This document shows positions 1 to 11,650 of a stretch of 64,000 bases of DNA, piece after piece. The notes beneath the pieces are model-generated. The model ran no database searches, was not told the origin of the DNA, and saw only the letters and a list, made by a program, of their open reading frames with translations. Source of the DNA: Paraspadella gotoi (lineage: Eukaryota; Animalia; Chaetognatha); assembly GCA_051294375.1 (NCBI GenBank), contig CM119269.1, positions 7,160,778-7,224,777 on the forward strand, given 5' to 3'. Position 1 is the first letter of the stretch, and the number at the start of each line of letters is the position of its first letter. The translations under genes and the position numbers were made by a program.

Positions 1-49
1 ACCATAAATGTGAATCGCAACTGTGAAAAGATCTATCAAAGGCCTCAAT

Positions 50-260
50 ACTCAGCCGCCAGCCCCTTAGTCTCAATACTTGCCTCAGAGGCTAAACCCT
101 TAGCATTAAACCCATAGGCTACACCCTAAGATATCAGCCCTTCGCACTAAACCTGAGCCTTAGCCCTTAGCTTAACCTAAGCCTTAAGCCCTTAGTTTTA
201 ACCTTTAGCCTGGAAACCTGACAACCTCAACCCTAAATCTTAACGCCTTAACTCTCACCC
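50..260 (+). repeat. Degenerate C-rich telomere-like hexa/heptamer tract (CCCTTAG / AACCCT / GCCTTA variants)
   Basis: Recurrent cccttag, taaaccct, aacctaa, gccttaag and aaccctaa units. No perfect array. Confidence 0.5.
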
Positions 261-879
261 GGTCTCCATTCCCAATGCCTTCTTTTAGCTCTAAGTCCTA
301 CCCACAGTTCGGACGATGTGAGGAGTATTTTTTTGGCGCGGAAAGTTTTAAAAACTCCTTCAACCTTTTTAAATTGAGAAATTCCTTCTTCGATGTTCAG
401 TTTTCTCTTCTTTTCTTCTTCATTCTTTTTGATAATATATTACCTCTTTTCCTTTCCATCTTTTCTCTTCTCTTCCCCATCTTCTCTGTATTTTTTTTCC
501 CTTGCATCATCTGTCATTTTCATTTTTTTTAATATTTCCCACTCCATTCTTTCAATTTTCTTCAGTCTTCCTTTCAAGATTGTCGTACGCGACTTAATTC
601 TTTCTCTTCTCCTTTTCTCCTCTCCTCCTTTCCTTTCTCCTCCTCCTCTCTCCTCTTCCTCCACTCTCTCGGCCAACGATTTAAAATTCATGGCTCGTGC
701 GAATCGCGTAGTAGTAGGGGTGGTGGGGAAGTTGGGGGTGGAGGTGGCATTTGAAGGGTGGCGGGTTGAGGGAATGGGGCCACAACAAAGATGATGACGT
801 TTTCGGGTGGCTGAAAAAGTCGAAACGATGCCGGACAAGATGGAGACACGCGTCTCTGAAGAAGGAAGAGGAGAAGGAG

Positions 880-933
<54 letters not shown>

Positions 934-1322
934 GAGAGAGAGAGAGAGAGAGAGACGAGAAGAGGTCTAAAAAACAATAGGAATGAGCTGACGAGTGAAA
1001 GAAGAGAAAAGTCAGGAGGAGAAAAGAAATATAGGAAGGGAGAATGGTTGGGGGAGATGGGAAAAAGGGTTGAAGATGGGAACGATAAAGTAGAGAAAAT
1101 AGGAAAAGGGAAAAGAAAATGTGGGAAAAGAAAACAATCGATGAAAAGTATTGGATTGTTGTGACTGAGAGGGAAAGAAAAAGAAGTTTGGATGACAGTA
1201 GTGTTTAAAAAATGTGTTCGTGAAAAGAAATGAAGAATTGAAAAAGGTGAAAATTGAACTGCGAAAAAGAAAAGTAGGATCATTGAGACAATGAAATAGA
1301 GCGATAGAAAAAAGAGGAGAGA

Positions 1323-1368
<46 letters not shown>

Positions 1369-1739
1369 AGAGAGGAGAGAGAGAGAGACAGAGAGAGAGA
1401 AAGAAAGAGTAGAGAGAGAGAGAGAGAAAATTTCTCGACTCTAAGAATAGACAGGGTGATTCAACCTCTTAATTGACGATTTGATTGAGAGCGAATAGGT
1501 TGGATAGTTACAGAGACTAGAGAGAGTAAGTTAATGGTCTCCCTTAAGTAGTTTTTGATTTAATTTATATTTTTTAAGCATAATAACTCAGTCGCATTTT
1601 CTTTCATCCACAAATTGGGGTACAGACGGTTTTCTAATATCTATGAAGGTTGTCATGTTTTTGTCGTTTGGTTCGTTGTTCGTTCGGTTAGTCGTCTTTA
1701 ATTTTTTAAAATCAGTTTATTCTCTACCCGAAAAATAAA

Positions 1740-1918
1740 ATGGCGGATCGAATCGATGAGACGGAAAAAAAAACCCAAGAGAAGATTGATATCGACGACG
1801 GACGACGACGACGACGACGACGACCCAATGACTACCGTCAACACGCTCAGAAGCAATTTTAAGATCCAGACTCTTCAATTCTCGTTCATCGCTCTTCGAT
1901 CGCTCAATCCATTAAAAG
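1740..1918 (+). CDS. Candidate exon (MADRIDETEKKTQEKIDIDD...PMTTVNTLRSNFKIQTLQF...NPLK|), possibly the start of a TGF-beta-like prodomain
   Basis: Coding-like island between AT-rich and CT-repeat DNA, ending AAAG|GTATTT (phase 1). One indel in the GAC run is needed to join the frames. Confidence 0.3.
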
Positions 1919-3351
1919 GTATTTCGAGTCAGAGATTCTTTCTCTCTCCTCTCTCTCTCCTCTCTTCCTCTCTCTCTCTCTCCTCTCTCTCATCTCTCTC
2001 TCTCTTTCTCCTCTCTCCTTTCCTCTCTCTCTCTCTACTTTCCTTGGGGGGGCCTCCCACCCTATCTTAAAGCCCGCCCATTTCTTCTGCTCTTTTCTCA
2101 TGGTTTTTTCTCTCTGTTCTTTCTACTCTCTCGTCTCTCTCTCTCTCTCTCTTCTCCTCTCTCTCTCTATTCTCTCTCTCTCTCTCTCTCCTCTCTTCTC
2201 TCTCTCTCTCTCTCTCTCAATGACAAACTCTCGTCTCATGATTTGCTTTTGTACTTCGTAGTTTCGATTCTTCTTTATATACATCGCTTCATCATTTATT
2301 TTTCATTTTTCTATTTATTCATTATTTTTTCCATTTCTGTTTTAACTCATCTCCCTTGATTCTACTCAAATGCCTTAACCCCCGTCTTCACTTCACCCTC
2401 TACACGCATCTACAACTACTCTTTTCTCTACTGCTTTCTCCTTATAGTTTCTTCCTTTCCGGTCTTTCTTTAGTTAATCTCATGCATTTTATTGTCACAA
2501 AACGAACCATCTTTTAAAATTCCTCGTTTCCACTGACGACCTTTTCTCCCTTTTCACTCGACCTGTTTCCTCACTCCAGTCAATTTATTTCATAATTCTA
2601 TCTCGATCCCATTGCTTAACTTCTTTTGCATGCATATTTTCCCCATTTTTCTCAATTGTTCGCTTTTCTTTGCGCTCGCAACCTCCTTCTCACTCCAACA
2701 CAAGACTCGCAAAACGGCGACCCGACTTTTCACCTCGCGACCCGACGTTTAACAAATTCTTGTCGAGCGTCATTTGAAAAGAGAGAAAAAAAAGAAGGAG
2801 TAAAAAAAAGATTTTTCCTTTCGCTCGTTTGAACATCACCTCACCACAAATCACTTCCCTTTCTCTATCTCAAATTTCTCCTTCCTACCCGTCACGCGTT
2901 CATCTATGTTCCAATGCGCCGTCAGCTTTCCTTATTTTTCTTGCCTTCTCTTAATCCCCATCTCGCCTTCTCTGTCACTTCTTTTCCTTTTATATCTTAT
3001 ATTCCCCTCTTTCTTTTAAATTCCTTCCCTTTTTTTTTTCTTTTCTAAAAGTTTTCGAATTAGCTCATTATCTTTACTCGTTCACTCAAATCTACATCTC
3101 ATCCTCTCCGATCTCCCACTTTTCGTCCCTTTCCCCCCACTTCTTCCCCCCCCCCGTCCACCCGTCCCCTCTTCTCCCCCCTATCTCTTCAGCGCTCTCG
3201 TTCTCTCCCCCTCCTCCTTTCCCCCGATCCTCCCTCCTCTCTCGCTAAACATCAATCAAAGTTTCTCGTTTTTCGCGCTCCGATTTCTAGTTTTTTCTGC
3301 CTCAAACCGAAAAAAGAAAATATTCACAATTTAACCCTTTTTTGTCCTCAG

Positions 3352-3470
3352 TCGAAAGAGTCTCCAGGTTGAACCGTGATACTTGCACAGTGCTATCTAC
3401 AACTATTTCTAATCTAACAGGAAGGGAAAAAAGAAAGTACTTGTCTTAATCTCCGATTACAGACGTTTGG
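3352..3470 (+). CDS. Candidate internal exon (frame ambiguous; one reading ...YLHSAIYNYF.SNRKGKKKVLVLISDYRRL|)
   Basis: Acceptor tttttgtcctcag and donor TTGG|GTGAGC. Every frame contains a stop, so read error or pseudogenisation must be assumed. Confidence 0.3.
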
Positions 3471-3634
3471 GTGAGCATTGGTGTAGCATTGTGAGCGTAA
3501 CGAATGGTTGTTTCGTAATAGACAAAACTTTTTTGAAGAAGAAAATCGATTTATCCTAGTATCATATTTCATTCATAATCCCTCGATACTCGCTCTCATC
3601 TTTCTCCTTTCTTCTTTACGCTCTACACCTCTAC

Positions 3635-3870
3635 CTTTTTCACTGCCCTGATTTATCACTCTACCGACTCATGCCCTGATTTCAGTCCTACTCAGCCTTT
3701 CTTCACTGCCCTGTTATTACACACACTCCGGCAACTTCACAGCCCTTTCTCACTACCTGATTAATCACCTCCGCTAACTTCAACAGCCCTTTCTCACTGC
3801 CCCATTTACCCTCCGCTAACTTCACAGCCTCTAAGATCTTCGAATACTGATTTACACCTCCTAATTCGGA
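3635..3870 (+). repeat. ~44-bp minisatellite, about 5 degenerate copies
   Basis: Unit approximately ctttctcactgccctgatttatcacctccgctaacttcacagcc, repeated in tandem. Confidence 0.75.
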
Positions 3871-4517
3871 GCGAGCCTTGTCTGTGCTGTTACCCGTTAC
3901 TACCCTTCTAGCTTTTATACTCCGTAATCAAAGCCCTAGTCTTAATATCTACTATTTCCTGCGCTTGTCGGACATTTTAAAAGTCCTAATTCCAACATTA
4001 TTCTAAAAACCACTTTTCTCTCACCGGACTTAAAATCATTTTTTTATTTACTCCTCGTTCTTTCATCACATTTATAATTCTAATAAAATCCTTCGCTCTT
4101 ATCACATAATGCTACAGTTTAACAACTCACTTAATCCTTCAAGACCTTAAGCACTCTCACTTTTAATTCTTTTCTCTTCATTACCTTTATCATTCTCTCT
4201 CATCTTTAAATCTTTTTTATTTCTCTTTACTTCTATGTTAGTACTTTACGTGTTTCCACATTATATCCTAAATGCCTTTTCATCAACATTAATCACTCCT
4301 CACTTTAAATCCTTTCATTCCTCATCGCCTTATCACTTTCACTTTAAATTCTTTGCTCTTAATCGGCCTTAGTCACTTCTCATCTCGATTGCCGACTTCC
4401 GTTTGTCACCTTCCACCGCCTCCGCCCTCGAAACGAATCCCAAAGGAACAAAACCAGAAAGTTCTCAATCCTGTAAAAACATGCCGCTCGAGGAGCCCGA
4501 GAGAGGGAGAAGAGAGA

Positions 4518-4555
<38 letters not shown>

Positions 4556-4557
4556 GA

Positions 4558-4598
<41 letters not shown>

Positions 4599-4989
4599 AA
4601 GGTAAGACAAATAGGAAGGAAAGGAAGAAGTATGTAACGAAAGAGTCAGAAAAACATCGAGTAAGTAACGAAGAGGAAGCAGGAGATGGAAGGAAAGAAA
4701 ATCGGTGGCAGTGAAGAAAACGAACGTGAGAGAACTTGGGGGATGGGAAAACAACGAGGGCGTGACTTTTTAATCCTCAATTTTTTGTCTGTCTCTCTCC
4801 GCTTGTTCCAGTATCCGCATCAGTGAACACTAAGTTTAATTTAAAAGGATAAGAGATTAAAATTTGTTAACAGAAAAAGGGTTCTATCGTCTAAATCACG
4901 TATTTTTCGAAGTGATTATCGTCGAGGTCCAATATCGCGAAGAGGAAATTAACTAAATCCGTCAAAGACTATAACTTATAGTATATAGT

Positions 4990-5565
4990 ATACTTAAGGA
5001 GTGGTCTTTTCATACAATTGAAACATTTTTGAATATTATACCACTTCATTGATAGGAAGCCAGGTACTCTGGGAGTGAATAAAACGAGACTGTGAGAGAG
5101 TCTTGATTGAAAGGCTTGCAGGGACCTGCTATATCATTATCTTGTAAGAGTGATGGAGCCTTAAACCACCAAAGCCTGTCCAAAGTCAGGGGCAAGATAG
5201 CGTATTATTAAATGAATGGATAATTTTATATTGGTTTGTACAATTCATAAAATTCAGCTCTTGTATTTTGATGCTAGTGCGGAGTACAATAAGTTATTCC
5301 CGAATAATACTTAAGCGAGTGGTCTTTCATACAATTGAAACATTCTTTGAATATTATACCACTTCATTGATAGGGAAGCCAGGTACTCTGGGAGTGAATA
5401 AACGAGACTGTGAGAGAGTCTTGTTGAAAAGCTTGCAGGGACCTGCTATATCATTATCTTGTAAAGAGTGATGGAGGCCTAAACACCAAAGCCTGTCCAA
5501 AGTAGGGGCAAGATAACTTATTTATTAAATGAAATGGATAATTTTTATATTGTTGTACCAATTTC
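4990..5565 (+). mobile_element. Two adjacent copies of an unclassified ~270-bp dispersed repeat
   Basis: ttcatacaattgaaacatt...gggaagccaggtactctgggagtgaat...agcttgcagggacctgctat...cctgtccaaagtcaggggcaagatag...ttggttgtaccaatt at 4990-5250 and 5310-5565. Other copies occur at 58780-59007, 41225-41490 (minus), 23200-23355, 19657-19697 and 12360-12415. Confidence 0.8.
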
Positions 5566-5720
5566 ATATATATAATAAGTATAATATAGTATAAGTATAA
5601 CTTGCTTCTAAACTGCAGGCGTTGTCATAACGTCTTGATGCCTTGACAATGATTATGCGAGCGAAAAAAGTCTTAAAAAAAAATTCAATATCAGAATTTT
5701 AACACATGTATTTTTTCACG

Positions 5721-6019
5721 AATTCCGAACAGCAGACGATGTCAGGTTTTCTTTGTCAGCCTCGCTTCGGCCTCTTGATGAAAAAACGAAGAATTTCTCC
5801 GAAGAAAAAATCTTTCCATTTGTTTCGAAGGCGAAAATAGAGGCACGAAGCAAGAGCGGCCGGGGCGGCGGCGGCGGCGGCGGCGGCGGCGGGGGAAGCC
5901 GCGGGGCGGGGCGGCGGCGGGCAGAGGGGCGAAGGGGAAGAAGCGGCGGCGCGGTGGTAGCGTTGAGGCACAAAAATAGAAGGGAGAAAAGCTGGAATAG
6001 AGACAAAAAGAAGAAAAAA
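5721..6019 (+). CDS. Candidate exon (EFRTADDVRFSLSASLRPLDEKTKNFSEEKIFPFVSKAKIEARSKSGRGGG...)
   Basis: Stop-free frame (ORF 5753) containing a GGC/poly-Gly tract. Acceptor is imperfect (ttttttcacg); possible donor AAA|GTGAAG. Confidence 0.3.
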
Positions 6020-6151
6020 GTGAAGAGAAAAAGAAGAAAGGATTGTTTTTGTAATGTTACGTTGGCTAAGCTGGTGACGGTTTGGGTTAGGTTTAGGTTG
6101 ATAGTTTCAGGCCTTGCAAGGGAGAAGGAGAGAGAGAGAGAGAGAAAGAGA

Positions 6152-6185
<34 letters not shown>

Positions 6186-6299
6186 GGAGAGAGAGAAGAG
6201 AGAGAAGAGAGAGAGAGACGTTTACGACGAGTACTCTGCCTAGGATTTTAGCCTCGTATTAGGCGGAATTAAGCAAATTGCCTGATCGGGAGAGAGAGA

Positions 6300-6359
<60 letters not shown>

Positions 6360-7230
6360 CTAGACAGCATCGGCCAACGTGACTCATCACGGTGAAAGAT
6401 AAGGAATGTGATGAATATTCTTCTACAATCTACATGCTGATTGCTGAATGGCAATGACGATATGTTACTCAGAGAGACTTGTCAGTGTCCATTTCAGTAT
6501 TGTTCAAACCAATTCGCTTGTTTTGGTCCTTAATTAAGATCATCGAAAATTGTCTCATTCAAAAATACCCCCACGCAAGTTTTGCCGTTCAAGTCTACAC
6601 TTTTACACTTTTTGTCGGCCGCCTCTAGTTACTTAAACGCCGTTTCTTTGGTCCTCAATCGACCGCGACGTCTCGAAGGCGACTCTCAATTTTCGTTCGC
6701 CCTCCAAAGAAAAAAAAAATGCTGACGACGTCATCTCCTCGGAATTCTCAATCGAATTCCAAGTCACGTGACACGAGCGGCGCTTTTAGTGGCCCATTTT
6801 CGTCGCAGTCAGCGACGCCGTCGCGACGTCAACGTTGGTGACGTTTTGTGACGTCGACGACCTGGTGACGCCAAATGAAGGGTGACGGAGGTCACGTGGA
6901 ATGGCGCAGTGTGGCGTAGAATTTACGCGTCGCGAAGTGGCTTGGCGCTGCTTGGCGTGGCTTAGCCTGGCTAGCACTGCTGCGTGGAAGGATCAATAAA
7001 TTAATGATCTTAACCTAAACTAATTTTCGACTTCAGGACAGTTGCACGTAAGTAAGGTCTCGGGATCGAGTCGGGTCGGTGCTCTATTATTTATATAAAG
7101 TTGGTTATTGATATTTGCTATGAATACTGAGTTCATCTTTAACTGATGACTATTCGTCTACTGGAATCGATACTGAGCTAACCTTTCTTGTCTTCCTCAA
7201 TAGTGCTTTTTTTACTTTTTACGGCTCTCT

Positions 7231-7296
<66 letters not shown>

Positions 7297-7339
7297 CTCT
7301 CTCATCTCTCTCCCTCTCTCTCTTTCTCTCTCTCATGCT

Positions 7340-7840
7340 CAAATTGCCGTCTCCCTTTTCCCTTTTTTCTTTTTTTAATTACCATCAACCGGTTTTCCTT
7401 TCCGGTTGCCATTTCCCTTCTTTAATCGCAATCGCCATCTCACTTGTTAAGCTAGCCATCTCACCTTAATTTTCTTCCCTCTATTCACACCTCCCCGGCC
7501 ATTTCCGCCTAGCGATCCTTCCCTCCATCCCGACCTTACCTTTCCAAAGTACCACTCCCCCTCTTCTTCTCTATTGGCAACCTCCTCTCCACCGATTGCC
7601 TTCTCCCTTTATAGATTGCCATCTCCCTCTCCTTTTCTCCAATCGCCACCCTCTCTCCACGATTCCAACTCCCCCTTTTCAAGATTGCCATCTCCATATT
7701 TCTTATAGTCACCATCTCCCTTCTCACCGATTGCCTTCTCCCTTTTTAAGAATGCACTCCCTTCTCTATTCTCAATCGCCACCCTCTCTCCATCCGATTG
7801 CCATCTCCCCCTTCAAGATTGCCATTTCCCCCTCCTTTTC
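7340..7840 (+). repeat. Degenerate pyrimidine-rich minisatellite with core attgccatctccc
   Basis: More than 10 recurrences of ttgccatctcc / atcgccaccctc / attgccttctccc. Confidence 0.65.
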
Positions 7841-7852
7841 TCCAATCTGCAG

Positions 7853-7945
7853 CTGCGAAACTCGAGAGTCGATGTCCGACGAGAATATCCGTGAAAACGA
7901 GGCCTTCATCTCGACGACCGGGGGGGGGCGTGGAAGGGGGAGGAA
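7853..7945 (+). CDS. Candidate 93-nt internal exon, product unknown
   Basis: Strong acceptor (pyrimidine tract + ctgcag) and donor GAA|GTGAGT. Length is a multiple of 3 and two frames are open. Confidence 0.4.
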
Positions 7946-8110
7946 GTGAGTGGTTGGAGGGTGGGGTGGATGGGGGTTAAGGGAAGGTGGATGGGTGGGT
8001 GATTGGTTCTGGTGGAGGATGCGAATGTTTTAGAAAATAAAATTTGAAAAAATTAGTAAAGGAAAAACAATATTGCGAGAAGAGAAGAGAGAGAGAAGAG
8101 AGAGAGAGAG

Positions 8111-8145
<35 letters not shown>

Positions 8146-8950
8146 AAAGAAAGAAAGAAAGAAAGGAAAGAAAGAAAGAAGAAAGAAAGACAGACAGACA
8201 GACGATCCTAACGCGGAGCATCGACGACCAAGGGACGGTACTGAGAGGAAAGAGGGAATCGCTCATCGCTCATCGCGATGGTGGCTGATGTCGATGATTA
8301 TGGATTCCTGATGGTAGAGTTTAGATCCGAGATTGCTCATTGCGTATTGTAGATTGTAACGCAGCGATGGCATTTCGTGATTTGTTAGAGCATTGATCGA
8401 ATGTAGTTGATGACTCATTCCTGATAGTTGAGCCGTGAGTCTGAGGAGTCTGCGGCGAATCTACTGACGGATCTTCTCAAGGCCCGGTGCCGCCAAGGGG
8501 ATGAAAGAGAAGGGGACGACGAGGGGAGGAGGAGGAGATGTTGAGAGGGGAAGAGAAGACCCGGGAAAGAGGAGAAGGCCCTGACGTTGAGGGTGGAGTC
8601 TATCTTGAAATATCACCATCGTCGTCGTCTCAAAAAAAAAAAAGACTTTAAATTTTTAAGTTATCACAGTGGATTTAAAAGACTTTCCTTGATCTCGTCC
8701 CGTCGTCGCCACAGTGGATTTGGAAGTCGTCCCGGGTTAAGGCTTGATTAATCGAATTCGGGTGAAGAAAAAAAAGAAGTAAAAAAAAAAAAGATTTACG
8801 GGATTTCGATGTGAACCGGTGAGACTATTTCACAAAATTAAAGCCTCACAAACGCTGAGGTGGAGGCGACGTCGTCGTTGTTGTTCGTCGTTGTTGTCGT
8901 CGGGGTTCTGTTCTTATTGAAAGAAGAGCGAGACAGAGAGACAGAAGAGA

Positions 8951-8983
<33 letters not shown>

Positions 8984-8985
8984 GA

Positions 8986-9034
<49 letters not shown>

Positions 9035-9549
9035 AATTCTCGAAAATTTATTTATATATTTATTATTTTGTTTATACTTTTTTTATTTTATATTTACTTT
9101 ATTCTCTATTTTCGAACAAAGAGAAAAAAATCTATTTGATTGAAATCTGATTGAAATTTGATTGAAATTTGATTGGATCCGAATATCGGATCGATTTCGT
9201 CATTTGTTTTTCGATTATTTTTTCTTTCTTGAGATAATAACAATCAGTTAATGATTTCTCTAATCAAGCAAAACTTTAAATCCGAAAGTGATTTACTTTT
9301 TTTTGTCTCGATTGTATCGAAAATTATTCCGTCTCTTGACGTCGGAGGCCACATGCGCACCTCGCGGACGTGAGGGGGCGCTTCGTCGTTTTCGTCGTCA
9401 TCGTAATCGTTCTCATCATCGCCTTCATAATTGTCGTTGACTTAATCGTCTTCTTTCTCGTCGAGACAAAACGACAATTAAGATTACAACTCGGGCCGGG
9501 TCTTAGAGAGAGAAGAGAGAGAGGAGACGAACGAGAGAGAGAGAGAGAT

Positions 9550-9601
<52 letters not shown>

Positions 9602-10583
9602 GAAGAGAGAGAGATGAGAGAAAGAAATAAAAAGCAAACGATAATGGGGAGAGAAAAAGGAACGAGCAAAATGGCGAATGTCAAACCGCGCATGGCGAAC
9701 TGCGAATTCGCTTACGTCGATTAGCAAGACGCCTTTTTGTCGAGATCATAATAAAATTTGCATTGATAAACAAGAAGAAAAAAAGCGGCTTAACTTAATT
9801 ACTTTCCTCATTAACTTTTGTAGTAATTTTTCGGTTCGAAAAAAAGAAAGAAAAGGATCCGTGATATCGATTCTTTTAATTATTTTCTCCTCTTTCACAG
9901 TGGATTTTTACGTGGGCAAATTACTCACACCGAATGTTCTCATTAATTCACTGTGGCATAATAGTTTAGTTCATTGCGCGAAGAATCTTAAAACAAAACA
10001 AAAATTCATTCAACGTGATGAGGAGCAGAAGATTTTAATCGTCAAACGAAATTAGCAAATTCTATCCGTTATCTATCATTATCTCCATTTATTATTTCTA
10101 ATTAAAACGTGAGACAAAAGGCGATACGAGCAAAGAGAAGGAGACGAGAAGACGGAGACGAGTTCAACAAGCATTGTGAGCAAGCAGACAAGCATAACTA
10201 CTAGGATGACGATGATGACGACGACGGTGATGACGACGACGATGATGACGACCACGGTAAAGCCGACCACTCGACCTTGAGGAATTCAGTGAACTGATTC
10301 GAACTCTGACACCAATGGACAACGACGACGANNNNNNNNNNNNNNNNNNNNNNNNNNNNNNNNNNNNNNNNNNNNNNNNNNNNNNNNNNNNNNNNNNNNN
10401 NNNNNNNNNNNNNNNNNNNNNNNNNNNNNNNNNNNNNNNNNNNNNNNNNNNNNNNNNNNNNNNNNNNNNNNNNNNNNNNNNNNNNNNNNNNNNNNNNNNN
10501 NNNNNNNNNNNNNNNNNNNNNNNNNNNNNNNNNNNNNNNNNNNNNNNNNNNNNNNNNNNNNNNNNNNNNNNNNNNNNNNNNNN

Positions 10584-10616
<33 letters not shown>

Positions 10617-11134
10617 AAAAGAAGATGAATCCATCAAAATTGAATTATCGAAATGAACTTAGTAAAATGAATCTATCAAGATGAATCTATCAAAAATGTC
10701 TTCGTCTGTCTAAATGGATTCTAAATTCAATTCGATTTTTGATTTAATTCGTTGATGTGAACATAAAACTTGTCATATGTTCGTTATTTATTTTTAAACA
10801 AAACAACTAAAAACGTCATTGCAAGCACATGAAATCTATTTATGACACAATGAAAAATGGCGTAACGTTACTGTTCCGTGCATAAAAATAATTCACTGTT
10901 CAATATTATTATATTTCTTTTTATTTTTTGAAACGTTATAGTTTCATATGTCGATATCCAAAATATCAATGCAAAATCTTTTTTGTTTTTTAGATATGAC
11001 CGAATATAGGGTGAAAGATAATAATTTTTTTAAAAGTTACTTATTCATATTTATTCCTAGAATTGTAATAGAAAAAAAATTAAAAAAATAATAGTACCAA
11101 TAGTTAGTGTTATATCTTCAAATAGATGGAAAAC

Positions 11135-11650
11135 CTTGAGAAAAGGCGCCCTAGAGAAGATCCTTGAGTAATGGTATACAAAAAAGGGCGCCCTAGAAAA
11201 GGCGCACGAGAAATTGCGCTTGAAAAAATGGTGCCCGAGAAAAAGCGCACAAGAAATGGCGCTTGAGAAAAGGCTCACTAAAAAAACGCTCGAGAAATGG
11301 CAATTTAGAAAAGACACCCTAAAAAAAGGTTGAGAAATGGCAATTGAGAAAAGGAAGTTGAGACGGATCGGCCTTGACTTGCCTAAGAAAATGGACTAAG
11401 GAAAAGGCGGCTTCAAAGCGGCGCTCAAGAAAAAGCAACCTTGAAAAGGCGCTCGTGAAAAGGGGCCAAGAAAATAGCTGCCAGCGAAAACAAGAACTAT
11501 AGAAAGGGTGGGTAGGAAATGGCGAACGAAAAAGGCGCGTATGATAAGGCTCAGAAATGGTATATTTATGACTATGTAGATGAATAACAATATAGGGGCC
11601 AAGAAATGCATAATGTAACCTGTAAAGAGATACCTTAGAAATGGTGCATC
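11135..11650 (+). repeat. Degenerate short-unit (~17 bp) tandem repeat, core gaaaaggcgc/gaaatggcgc
   Basis: Repeated aaaaggcgccctagagaa, gaaatggcgcttgagaa and aaaaggcgctcgtgaa units. Confidence 0.65.

Noticed and set aside
680-858. Minus-strand terminal exon after a cttcag acceptor
   Set aside because: All three frames are open and uninformative, so no product can be supported.
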